A DNA stretch of 64,000 bases. Origin: a virus. The translations under genes and the position numbers were made by a program. Positions 9,418-18,826 of this stretch are shown piece by piece. The stretch's first letter is position 1. Each line of letters starts with the position of its first letter. The DNA lies in IMG/VR virus record IMGVR_UViG_3300025921_000002, positions 1 to 64,000 of that record; one strand, 5' to 3'. The notes under the pieces were generated by a model. The model was not told the DNA's origin. It did not search any database and worked only from the letters and a program-made list of their open reading frames with translations.

Positions 9418-9960
9418 TTAAGCCGTTTGTAATGTTTCAAATTCAATCAATTCGTCGATATAATCAATCAATTCGGCAGACCTGAAACATTCAGCCACTT
9501 TTAATTCAAGCTGTGTAAATTCGCAGTTGTTATAATCCCGGTCAGCTATTAAGCCGATGAAATATCCTTTAAGGAGGGACAAATCATTGGAAATACTTAT
9601 ATCTACAATCTCGGATGGTTTAATGTCCCTGTAGATGCATTTTGCGCCCGTGTACTGCATGTTTTCGCAAGAGCAATCGTCACACACCTGTTCGTCATCC
9701 AATTCAATTTTAAGGACTATAACGCGGCAATCTTTAGCTATTGCACAAGCAATTTGACCGCTTTCATTAGCCATTCTAAATGCCTCTTGTTCGTACTGGT
9801 CTTCATCTAAACAATTAGCTTCTCCGCATCCTTTAGGCTCCCAAAGATAAATAGCATCTTCCGAGCAGTTCCACAGCTTATTTTCGCTGCAAGACAGGCC
9901 ATATTTTAAAATTGATTGCAGGTTATCTGCGCTTGTTCCGTGGTAATAAGTAGTTTTCAT
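9418..9960 (-). CDS. ADP-ribosyltransferase-fold protein
   Basis: YYHGTS..NL.SIL..GL, AIYL, VIVLKI and I.P..I motifs. Confidence 0.65.
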   Translation of the reverse strand: MKTTYYHGTSADNLQSILKYGLSCSENKLWNCSEDAIYLWEPKGCGEANCLDEDQYEQEAFRMANESGQIACAIAKDCRVIVLKIELDDEQVCDDCSCENMQYTGAKCIYRDIKPSEIVDISISNDLSLLKGYFIGLIADRDYNNCEFTQLELKVAECFRSAELIDYIDELIEFETLQTA

Positions 9961-10048
9961 GTTATTTTATTTAAGGTTTTTAAAGTGTGTTTAGCGCCCT
10001 ATTCTATGCATGACATAATGTAGTTTTCTTTTTATAGGGCTGTGAGAG

Positions 10049-10375
10049 TTAAATATAGTGATATAAAGGATGTTGATATAAAACGCGTTTACCTTTTGAT
10101 TCGGTTATTTTAACTATACAATGGTCTAACATTGCGCCGCCGCCGTAACTACGTTTATTATACACAAGCAAGGGGATTTTAATGCTGCCAGTTGAGCGAC
10201 CAACATAACCCGTAACATAGTGCATTTCATTCCAGTCACGCCCTGTTGACGTGTCGCCGTAATGTACGCGGATACGATAATTGTTTAAACGGGCATTTTC
10301 AAGTACATTGATAACATTTTGACGGGTTTCCAAGTGGTAAAAAGTCCCGTTAATTGATTGATATTGTTTTTCCAT
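10049..10375 (-). CDS. Conserved phage early protein
   Basis: RIRVHYGD..TGRDW.E....G.VGRSTG..KIPLL..N.RS.GG.A.LDHCIVKI motif. Confidence 0.75.
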   Translation of the reverse strand: MEKQYQSINGTFYHLETRQNVINVLENARLNNYRIRVHYGDTSTGRDWNEMHYVTGYVGRSTGSIKIPLLVYNKRSYGGGAMLDHCIVKITESKGKRVLYQHPLYHYI

Positions 10376-10431
10376 GTTTTACACCTGCTTATTTTAATCC
10401 GTTCAGGTTACGGGCTTTAAAAGGTTTTTAG

Positions 10432-10476
10432 AGACTGTATCAGGAATCGAACACTGATTAAGAACCATTACAGCCT
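10432..10476 (-). ncRNA. tRNA-like minihelix element
   Basis: 7-bp stem aggctgt/acagtct, TGG-containing linker and T-arm with G-TTCGATT-C; no anticodon arm. Confidence 0.5.
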
Positions 10477-10698
10477 GTAGGAGTTAGTTGATCGGCTCTA
10501 TTCTTACATAAGTGCCGAGAAATAGTAATTCTGCTTTTAATCTTTGTGCTTCATTTAAAGTAAGGGGAACTAAATTTATTTTTTTGCTTTGGTGAATTAA
10601 GTTAAAAGTTTCCATAATTTTTAAGTTTTTAAGAACCGGGTGCAATCACGAATTGCCTGTTTTCTATAACCCGATTGATTTTCTCTTAATTGAGACAC

Positions 10699-10710
10699 TT
10701 CAAAGAACAA
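10699..10710 (-). promoter_or_regulatory. boxA-like antitermination element
   Basis: TTGTTCTTTGAA downstream of several hairpins in the early transcript. Confidence 0.4.
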
Positions 10711-10790
10711 AACCATCACGGCTCTTACCGCCAATTGCCCAACTAATTTAATAGTATGGGCTGGCAGACTGCTAAAGACTTAGCAGAACT

Positions 10791-11281
10791 TTAGAGTATT
10801 TTAATTAAATCTTCTCTTGTTTTATATAATCTAACTTCGCTATATGTACCACCACCACAAGCCGAGCCGTAAGAAGCTAACTCATATTCGATATTGATAA
10901 AGGATGCGCTTGCTAATATTCTGATATATGCAATTTTCCCGCGTGTTATTCTGTTATTATTCATAAAATAAACCACATCGCCTATTTTAAATTTGTTGTT
11001 TACTTTCATGGTTAATAGCAGATTAGTGTGTTAATATCGTGGTTAAGCAGGGTACAAAAACCCCTGCTATCAACTGTGTAATAAATCTTTTTATATTGTG
11101 GCTTTCCGGCTACTATTTTAATAGCTTCGTAGTAATATTTGCCGTCTGCATCTTCATAACCCGGCTTGCCTGAATTAAGCCATTTAAGGTCGCTTAATTT
11201 ATAGATGCAATTGGTTGGAACTGCTGAATCGTAGTAAAGACCTGTTTTAAAGTCAAATACTAAAGTTGTTTCTGTTGTCAT
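10791..11281 (-). other. Two small early genes (10791-11009; 11012-~11281)
   Basis: ORFs downstream of the -7 box TATACTTG (11340-11333). Confidence 0.6.
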
Positions 11282-11473
11282 TTTGCTAAGTTTTTTAGTT
11301 TTACTGTTTCCGTCGAACCGTTTCGACAATGCAAGTATACATACTATTTTTCATTTGTCAATACTAATTATGATTTATTTTATATAATCTTATCAAATAA
11401 AAGCTAAGTGACTGAAAATCAACCTAATTCTTTTTCATTTGCAAGTGTGAAATATTGTACTTATATTTGCAGT

Positions 11474-11689
11474 ATGCAAGCAAGGGATATAACCAGTAAA
11501 CTAAAGACGCGGCGCAAAGAGCTAAAACTCACCTTGCAAGATGTTGCTGACCTTACGGGTGAAACCAAACAGTATATAAATATCATTGAAAACGGCGCAA
11601 ACACCAAATTAGATAAGCTAATCAAACTGGCGAAGGCTTTAAACCTCACTGTTACACTATCAGAAAACATAACCTACAAACCCGATTGA
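11474..11689 (+). CDS. XRE/Cro-type HTH regulator, probably leaderless (start 11474)
   Basis: LKTRRKELKLTLQDVADLTG..KQYI..IENG...L.KLAKAL; TATATTTG lies 4 nt before the ATG. Confidence 0.85.
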   Translation: MQARDITSKLKTRRKELKLTLQDVADLTGETKQYINIIENGANTKLDKLIKLAKALNLTVTLSENITYKPD

Positions 11690-12182
11690 AGCCTAATAAA
11701 CCCCTAATAACAAAGAGGAAAGCACTCCTTACTAAGTAATACACCCTAAATAAAGACCTACAGCCAACCAGAGGTAAAAAGCATACTAACTGTCAACCAA
11801 CTACCAAAACCCCCTTAAATCGCCTAAAACACCCCAAAAACAACAAAATAAGACAATACCAGCTAAGGCAATAAGCTACACCAGTAAACAAAGTTTAGTA
11901 TTTGTAAACAATCAAGTGAGTTTATTATATATAGTGCTGTAATAAGGCAATTGTTAGTTACTCATGGCTGTGGTTGACTGATTAAACAGCTTTTTTGAGT
12001 GGTGATGTTATAAGAGAGGCTGAATAAATCCATTTTATTAATGGTAATGCGTTAATAAGGACTAATTTGATAGCTTTATTCAACGGTAATAATCCCTTTT
12101 ACAAAGAAACAAACACAAAATAACAACCCCAAAGCCTAAAACAATAGTATAACTTCACACAACAACATACTACATTTGTAAA

Positions 12183-12365
12183 ATGAGGCACATTTATGTT
12201 ATAATAGACTTAGATAGTAATGATTTACACGCGTATACGCGACTAACCAGCTTAACAAAGAAGCATAAGCTAAACACCCAAACGATCAGGAATCACTACT
12301 GTAAGCATCGTACGAACAAGTACAGCAATGGACTGGTAACAGTCATCAAACTCCCTTTGCGATAG
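12183..12365 (+). CDS. Small basic HTH-like protein, probably leaderless
   Basis: TACATTTG-4 nt-ATG. Confidence 0.55.
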   Translation: MRHIYVIIDLDSNDLHAYTRLTSLTKKHKLNTQTIRNHYCKHRTNKYSNGLVTVIKLPLR

Positions 12366-12762
12366 GGTAGGAGGGAAGGTTTAGTAAGGCTAAACAAAGT
12401 TTAATTAACGTAATGTTTATTATCATACGTAATAAGCTGTTACAACCCATAACCAAAAGGTTATAATGAACACCCAACATTCACCTTTTCAAAAGGACAC
12501 CAGACAATAGCTTTTTAGCTTTCAACTTTTATAAAGTTTTGTTGAGGGGTGTACCCATTGACCCCCCGGGGATGTTCCCAAAAGGTGTTGATGGGGTGGG
12601 AATAGGGGGTGGGTACTCTATACAGAGACGTACACCTTTTCTACAAAAGCACCCCCATGCCTTTTATTAAAGTACCCATATAAAAAAGAGTATATAAGAT
12701 AAGAAGGGGCTTATAAAATAGTATTGTGTATCAATGATTTAACGATTTGTCCATACCACAAC

Positions 12763-12798
12763 GTTGGTAAATACACCGCGATTGTTGGTATATACACC
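12763..12798. repeat. Two 15-bp direct repeats (gttggta[a/t]atacacc), 21-bp period
   Basis: Copies at 12763-12777 and 12784-12798. Confidence 0.75.
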
Positions 12799-12862
12799 AA
12801 AGTCGTTGCATTATTTTTGAAATAAAGTTGCATTTTAAATACAATAGTTTTATCTTTACGGC

Positions 12863-13324
12863 ATGGCTACAAAGCATTTCTTAGAGAGTAAAACAATAAG
12901 CCGTGTAGACCCGGAAACGGGAGAAATAGTTGAGACCGAAGTCAAAAAGCTGGTTAAGGTTAATATGGGCAAGCAGGAGGAATTTTACATGACCTACTGT
13001 AGTTATTTGAGTTCTCTTTATGAATTGACCTATGCCGACGATATAAAGCTCATGGTTAAGTTATGTGAGTGGGGTGAGTTCGATACTGGGGATGTTCAAT
13101 TGACAAGCGCGAGAAGGCAGGAGATAACTGATACGATGGGTATGCACAACTCAAACATCTCGAAGTCTATTAAGAGGTTAAAGGAAAAGAATTTAATTGC
13201 GGGGGACAAGGGAGCGTTTAAAATAAACCCGGTTATCTTTTGGAAAGGCGATAGAGCCGTAAGAAAAGATATTTTGAAAAAGGACGGATTGAGCGTAATG
13301 TTTAACTTTCAGGTTGGGGAATGA
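12863..13324 (+). CDS. RepL-like winged-helix replication/regulatory protein
   Basis: VDPETGEI N-terminus; RQEITDTMG....ISKSIKRL.EKNLI....G.FKINP..FWKG. Confidence 0.7.
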   Translation: MATKHFLESKTISRVDPETGEIVETEVKKLVKVNMGKQEEFYMTYCSYLSSLYELTYADDIKLMVKLCEWGEFDTGDVQLTSARRQEITDTMGMHNSNISKSIKRLKEKNLIAGDKGAFKINPVIFWKGDRAVRKDILKKDGLSVMFNFQVGE

Positions 13325-13584
13325 TTTTAGTAAAGGTAAAACGCTCGGCTCATGGTAAATCGGCATATGCGGAGTATAAAGATGTTGGTTATTCGCTACG
13401 GGTGTACATTTATCATAACAAGCCATGTACGAAAGAATATGGCGAATGGTTTTTAGTTTGCCACCAAACGGAGAAGGGCGAAAGGGAACAAAGAATTGTT
13501 TTTGATAATTATTTAGATTTTAGGAACTTTAGGTCGGAAAAAGATATTGAACTTAATTATGATGAAAAAGCATCCGGGGTTTAA
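13321..13584 (+). CDS. Hypothetical protein
   Basis: ATGA overlap with the upstream gene. Confidence 0.5.
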   Translation: MILVKVKRSAHGKSAYAEYKDVGYSLRVYIYHNKPCTKEYGEWFLVCHQTEKGEREQRIVFDNYLDFRNFRSEKDIELNYDEKASGV

Positions 13585-13714
13585 AGCCGTAGCGGCATCA
13601 ATCTCAAAGAAAAAAGGGGTTAGTAAAAAGAGTGCTGATGCTATTTTAGCGAGTGCATCCCGTAAAAACAAAAAGACAAGTTCTAACCCACGTTTAAAAA
13701 AAGTAAAGGGATGA
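13559..13714 (+). CDS. 51-aa Lys-rich small phage protein (not in the ORF track)
   Basis: MMKKHPGFKAVAASISKKKGVSKKSADAILASASRKNKKTSSNPRLKKVKG; resembles a recurrent phage HPGFKAV...NPRLK.VKG family. Confidence 0.75.
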   Translation: MMKKHPGFKAVAASISKKKGVSKKSADAILASASRKNKKTSSNPRLKKVKG

Positions 13715-14236
13715 TTGAATTAGAAGTTAACGGTCGGAAGTTATTTTTTGATGATGTTCAGGCAAGACAACAACAAGATTGGTTAGATAAGCGTGAAAAT
13801 CATGTGATGTGGGTAATGTCAGGCGGATTATTAGGCAAGAGGGACGAATCAGAACCTGTACAACAATGGCAAAGAACGAACTAATCATAGACCTTACTCA
13901 AGCAAAGACCTCGCTGACTTTTGTTGAGGGCGACCGTCCTGTACACGGCGTTACCCTAAACACCCTTGACGTAGAACAAGCTATTACCGACTGGATAACC
14001 GAGAACACAGAGTGGGCTAAGTTTTTTGAAGGAACACCTATATGACCTTTAGAGAAATAGAGAACGGCTTTAAAGACCAACTGACCGAGTGTAACGTGAA
14101 CGAAACGTTCTATTTGTTACACCACACCGCCCGTCAGTCTAACCATAAACATCTGAACTTCGTACAGACAGAAGAACTGCTTGACCTTTTTATGAAAGTC
14201 TGGAAGGAAATAAAAAAAGGCCACCCAACGGGATAG
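13711..14236 (+). other. Three small hypothetical genes (13711-13884, 13866-14045, 14042-14236)
   Basis: Chained overlapping ORFs. Confidence 0.55.
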
Positions 14237-14248
14237 CCTAATTTCACC

Positions 14249-14500
14249 TTACGAACCGCTAACAAGTGTAGATACAGACTCATTTACAAGGTACACATGG
14301 CTAATGCCTGAATTATTTTCAAAGTCATTAGTGTGAACGGCTGTGTTAATGCCCTGTGAAGCTGCCGGGTAACCGTGCTTTTGGTTTGTAGTAGCCGCCA
14401 CTGCGAACTTGATCTGGTCGCCGGGGATAGCATACGTTGCTGATGGGGACAGGTTTGTGCTGTCTTTGGTGAATACGCTCACCGAAATAAGTTGTGCCAT
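14249..14500 (-). CDS. Small Ser/Thr/Ala-rich protein, possible virion decoration protein
   Basis: Structural-type composition; own promoter (TACATTTA at ~14554-14547). Confidence 0.5.
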   Translation of the reverse strand: MAQLISVSVFTKDSTNLSPSATYAIPGDQIKFAVAATTNQKHGYPAASQGINTAVHTNDFENNSGISHVYLVNESVSTLVSGS

Positions 14501-14585
14501 TTGGAATCGTTAAAAGAAGTCTTAAAAATTAATCGTTAATTACTTGTAAATGTAATTATTATTTGCTTATGTCAAGTACTCTTTT

Positions 14586-14710
14586 TACCTTTACTGACAG
14601 CAGAGTAATTTAGAATGAAACAAGAAATCAAAAACTTCCCGGCAGACCGTCATTCGTTAGTAGATTACTCTGCGGTAAACTCGTCGTTTGTGTCTGACCG
14701 GGTTTTTTAA
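14586..14710 (+). promoter_or_regulatory. Promoter plus structured leader/attenuator with a 31-aa leader ORF (14615-14710)
   Basis: -7 box TACCTTTA; helix gcagagtaat/attactctgc; helix cccggcagac/gtctgaccggg followed by T6. Confidence 0.55.
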
Positions 14711-14720
14711 TTTAAACGCT

Positions 14721-15101
14721 ATGAAATATACAGACGGAGTTGATTTAAAGGACCTGAAAAACATTTTAGCAGGAATGGGCATTCCATATAGCCCTGAAAG
14801 TTCAGCAATAGCCCAAAAGGCAATTAAAGAACATCCCGATGAAGAAGTAGCAGGCGCTATAATGCGATATACTAACTTATTTGAAACCATACCCGGAATT
14901 AAAAGAGAAATGGAAGAAACAGAAGAACAACTACCCTTTAAAGGAATATGCCTTTCAATGGTATTGGATGCCCGTATGCAGGCACTTGACTTAGCCAGAG
15001 AGTTAAACCAAGAAGGGGTTAACCTAAAAACAGCAGGTCAGGCAGAGATTTTGAGGGATGCAGAACAGATTTTTGGTTGGATGCTTAAAGATTTGCAGTA
15101 A
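14721..15101 (+). CDS. Hypothetical protein (probable start 14721)
   Basis: First gene after the structured leader. Confidence 0.6.
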   Translation: MKYTDGVDLKDLKNILAGMGIPYSPESSAIAQKAIKEHPDEEVAGAIMRYTNLFETIPGIKREMEETEEQLPFKGICLSMVLDARMQALDLARELNQEGVNLKTAGQAEILRDAEQIFGWMLKDLQ

Positions 15102-15871
15102 TGGCGCTGATTGTAATTTGCTGTTATGATACCGAAGAAAACGGGCGTTATGAATACACGGATGCAACATTGCGTTCACTTCAAAGAACAGTTGATTGGT
15201 CGAAACACAGATTGATAGTTGTTGATAATGGAAGTGATGAATCGTGCCGAGGAATAATCTTTAGGGGTGTAACGGCGATTGGAGCGAAATTAATTACACT
15301 TCCTGAAAATGTTGGAACAAGTAAAGGGCTGAACGAGGGTATGCGTCTAAGAAAAGAACATGAACACGTTTTGAAAGCAGACAACGATGTCGAATGGCTA
15401 TATCCTAATTGGCTTGATGAGTTAGAAGAAGCAATTGAGCGAGACCCGACAATTGGAATATTAGGTCTTAAACGCAAAGACCTTATCCAAAACCCATATC
15501 ATGAAAGCGAGCAATACCGAAGTGAATATAGGATGCTGCCACATGAACCGGGTCAGCGCTGGATAACCGTAGAAGCCACGGCAGATATTATGGGTACTTG
15601 TACTTTATTCAACTATCGATTAATTGACAAAATAGGAGGTAGCGCACAACCGAAATTATACGGCCTTGAAGATTGTCTCTATTGCCTTCGTTCGCATTTA
15701 GCAGGTTTTTATAATGCTTTCCTTCCTCACATTGAAATAAATCACCTTGACAGGGGAGATAACCCATACGTGCAGGTAAAACAAAGGCAGGCTGGCGAAG
15801 CATGGCCTATCTATCATGAATGGCACAAAGGATATATTGAAGGGACAAGACCATTATACGAAGAAATATGA
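15101..15871 (+). CDS. GT2-family (GT-A) glycosyltransferase
   Basis: LIVVDNGS, N.G.SKGLNEG, DND (DxD) and YGLED..YC.R...AG motifs. Confidence 0.9.
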   Translation: MALIVICCYDTEENGRYEYTDATLRSLQRTVDWSKHRLIVVDNGSDESCRGIIFRGVTAIGAKLITLPENVGTSKGLNEGMRLRKEHEHVLKADNDVEWLYPNWLDELEEAIERDPTIGILGLKRKDLIQNPYHESEQYRSEYRMLPHEPGQRWITVEATADIMGTCTLFNYRLIDKIGGSAQPKLYGLEDCLYCLRSHLAGFYNAFLPHIEINHLDRGDNPYVQVKQRQAGEAWPIYHEWHKGYIEGTRPLYEEI

Positions 15872-16473
15872 TTTTAGGAGACAGCGCAGAGTATGAATAC
15901 CTTTCAGAAGCGGTAGCTTTAAGCAAAGATGTTGAGGGGATGTGCATAGAAATTGGTGTCCGGCGCGGTCTTGGTACTAAGACCATTATCGACGCTGTAA
16001 GGCAATATTGCCCACACAAAACCGTGGTTGCCGTAGACCCATACGGTTCAATACCATACGTTGGGCAAGAGCATATCGGTGAAATAAGGCTGGATTACGA
16101 TAATCCTATGAAGTTTGATTGCATGGTTGATTTATGGAATTATGTTCGTGAAAATCCTGTTAATTTCAGGCCGGAATGCCTTACTGATTATGAGTTTTTT
16201 GATAAGTACCATGACGGTGTACCGAAGTACGACATAGATATTGCAATAGAAAAACTGTATAGTATGGCGCATTTGGATGGGCCTCATAATTTTGAACACG
16301 TAAGTACAGAAATTGAATGGTTTAATCTACGAATGAACGGCGGTTCGGTAATTGTAATTGATGATGTGAGTCCAGAGTATATTGATATTAAGCCAGTAAA
16401 TGAACTGCTTGATTTTTTGGGATGGGATTTGGTAAAAGAAGGTAACAAGAAAAATCTTTATGTTAAACGGTAA
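15868..16473 (+). CDS. Class I SAM-dependent methyltransferase (Methyltransf_24/TylF-like)
   Basis: IEIGVRRG, VAVDPY, AHLDGPH and GSVIVIDD. Confidence 0.85.
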   Translation: MILGDSAEYEYLSEAVALSKDVEGMCIEIGVRRGLGTKTIIDAVRQYCPHKTVVAVDPYGSIPYVGQEHIGEIRLDYDNPMKFDCMVDLWNYVRENPVNFRPECLTDYEFFDKYHDGVPKYDIDIAIEKLYSMAHLDGPHNFEHVSTEIEWFNLRMNGGSVIVIDDVSPEYIDIKPVNELLDFLGWDLVKEGNKKNLYVKR

Positions 16474-17320
16474 ACAGATAGCCTTTTTAAAAAAAGCCAA
16501 AGAACTAAAAGGATGTGGGGTTTATGAAATTTGGTCACCATCAAATAAGGTTTATATAGGGCAGACGACTAACTTTTTCAAAAGGTTTATGTCTTATTTT
16601 TCCATGCAATGCAAAGCGCAAAGAAAGTTATATAATTCATTTTTGAAATACGGAGCGGATAAGCATGACTTTAAAATTGTTTTAGTTGAATATACTTGGC
16701 GCTACGATCAAAAAAGACTTGATGAAACCGAGCAGAGATTAATGGATTTTTATAGAAACCACGACTATGAATTATTAAATCTAAGAGAGGCTGGACATAG
16801 GGGTAAATTTAGTGAAGATAGCAAGCAGAGGCTTAGTGAAGTAAAAAAAGGTAAAAGATTAGGTGAAGATAACCCCAATTGGGGTAAGGGTTGTTTTGGT
16901 GAGGCTAACGGAATGTTTGGGAAGAACCATTCGGCTAAATCGAGACAAAAAATACTTGATACAAAATTAGAAAGATACGGCGAAGTTTGGGCTAAAAATG
17001 CAGCATTAGCCGAGGAAAAGAGACTTGAATCTATAAAAAACTGGAAGAACAAGGTAAGTAAAAACATGACCGGCTCTAAACCAACGCCACGAAAGGTTGT
17101 CCAGCTTTCCGAATCCGGTGAATATATAAATCTATTTGATAGTATGTATAAAGCTGCTACTGCAATTGAAATACATCCTTCTCATATATCAAAAAGCGTC
17201 CGCAAAAACAAGTTTGCGCCTACAACCCGATTTAGATTTATGTACAAGGAGGTATATGAAGATTTAGTAATAACTAAGTTATTTATTGAAACCGGACTAA
17301 TTCATCATATAGCCCTATGA
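16460..17320 (+). mobile_element. Free-standing GIY-YIG homing endonuclease with NUMOD3/NUMOD1-like repeats
   Basis: GVYEI......YIGQT..F.KR...Y; GEDNPNWGK and NGMFGKNHS..SRQK; V.Q....G..I..FDS...AA. Overlaps both neighbours. Confidence 0.88.
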
Positions 17321-17976
17321 ACATCAAACTCATAACCGTAACGTCACATCCTGAATTAGCAGAGAACCTAATCAAGTCAGCCACTAAACACGGTTGGGAT
17401 TTAGAGGTAATTAAAGTTGATTGGAAAGGATTTGGGACAAAGCTAATCGCCACGTACGAATACTTAAAAGCACATCCAGAAGTTGAGCAGTTTGTTTTTG
17501 CAGATGCTTTCGATGTTGTTGTTTTGGGAACCCCACAAGAGTTTGAAGAAAAAATACCTAATATAAATAAAATTTGGCTATCCACTGAAAAGGGTTTGTG
17601 GCCTCCGATTTTAGAACCGTACAGAAAATTATATGTAAGTCCATTTACGGATTTTAAGTTCGTTAATAGCGGGTGTTACTATTCTCCCTCAAAGCGATTC
17701 ATAGATTTGTTTGATACTTTTGAACCCAAACAAGAAACAGATGACCAGTTTTGGTTTAATTTGGCTTATCTATTTTCAACTTACGGAAAGCATCAGTATT
17801 TTAACTCAATAGGAATAGATGAGAATCAAATGCTATTTAATTCTCACAGCCATATGGCAGAAGGTGAATACGGCTATGAAAATAACAGAGTTCAGATACT
17901 TGGAAACGAACCGATATTTATTCATTTTAACGGCAAAACAATAGACCTAATATTTAACGAAAGGATAAAGATATGA
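17317..17976 (+). CDS. PLOD/LH3-type (procollagen glycosyltransferase-like) GT-A domain protein
   Basis: W.GFG.K, FADAFDV, STEK.LWP, FVNSG.Y, DDQ.WF and IH.NG motifs. Confidence 0.8.
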   Translation: MNIKLITVTSHPELAENLIKSATKHGWDLEVIKVDWKGFGTKLIATYEYLKAHPEVEQFVFADAFDVVVLGTPQEFEEKIPNINKIWLSTEKGLWPPILEPYRKLYVSPFTDFKFVNSGCYYSPSKRFIDLFDTFEPKQETDDQFWFNLAYLFSTYGKHQYFNSIGIDENQMLFNSHSHMAEGEYGYENNRVQILGNEPIFIHFNGKTIDLIFNERIKI

Positions 17977-18131
17977 AACGTTTTTTAATAAGTTTTTCTT
18001 ATGCTCTATTATTCGCAATTTTAGCCGTAATTCTATTTAAAAGATTCGATATGGGTCAATTTTTAATGGGATGGATGTCTTGTGTTGTTTTTTATACCGC
18101 GTATTCTGTAACTAAAGAGATTTTAGCATGA
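17973..18131 (+). CDS. 52-aa two-TM membrane protein (not in the ORF track)
   Basis: MKRFLISFSYALLFAILAVILFKRFDMGQFLMGWMSCVVFYTAYSVTKEILA; ATGA overlaps on both sides. Confidence 0.65.
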   Translation: MKRFLISFSYALLFAILAVILFKRFDMGQFLMGWMSCVVFYTAYSVTKEILA

Positions 18132-18826
18132 ACCTACAACAATTGAAAGACGAATGGGCTAATGTGCCGGAGTTTCATAAAGCTATCCATGAAAGTTTCT
18201 GCGACTTTGTTAACGCTGACGAAAAGTTAAAGCGGCATCGTGATTGGGTAGAAACTAATATGTGGGGTTTTGGAGAACGTAGTTTTTGGTGGTTGTGGAA
18301 AATAATCTGTGATGAACTGCCTGAACATGCCGATGTATTGGAAGTAGGAGTTTTTAGAGCCGCGACACTATCCGTAATTGGTATGCTACGCTCTGATATA
18401 TCCTTAACAGGTGTTACGCCATTAAACACAGCCGGAGACGTTTGGGAAAGCGACTATAGGGCAGACATAGACAAGATTTTTGACCTGTTCAACAAAGTAA
18501 GACCAACAATCATTCAAGGATATAGCCAAGAGGAAAGGGTTATTGAAATGGCGAGGCTACTTTCGCCTTATGATGTAGTTTATCTGGATGGAGATCATAG
18601 CTTTGATGGAACTTTAGCCGACTTTAACAACTACGCACCAATGGTAAAGGTAGGTGGCTACTTGGTCGTAGACGACTGCAACAACGATTTAAATTTCCCA
18701 CCACAGGGTTTTTTCACAGGTATCCAAACGGTCACAGATGCTAAGTTAAAGTGGCTTGAAACACAAACGGACTTTGAATTTACCGCAAGTTGTGTTCACA
18801 TTTCAATATTTAGGAGGATAAAATGA
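18128..18826 (+). CDS. Class I SAM-dependent methyltransferase (Methyltransf_24-like)
   Basis: VLEVGVFRA and YDVVYLDGDHS.....DF..Y..MVK.GGYLVVDD. Confidence 0.88.
   Translation: MNLQQLKDEWANVPEFHKAIHESFCDFVNADEKLKRHRDWVETNMWGFGERSFWWLWKIICDELPEHADVLEVGVFRAATLSVIGMLRSDISLTGVTPLNTAGDVWESDYRADIDKIFDLFNKVRPTIIQGYSQEERVIEMARLLSPYDVVYLDGDHSFDGTLADFNNYAPMVKVGGYLVVDDCNNDLNFPPQGFFTGIQTVTDAKLKWLETQTDFEFTASCVHISIFRRIK

Noticed and set aside
10432-10476. Bona fide tRNA gene
   Set aside because: 45 nt with no anticodon arm; reported only as a tRNA-like element.
7103-12860. DnaA-box cluster marking an origin
   Set aside because: I saw no cluster of TTATCCACA-like 9-mers by eye.
13866-13910. IIDLTQA shared with the protein at 37440
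   Set aside because: Seven residues only, different codons and no flanking similarity; probably chance.
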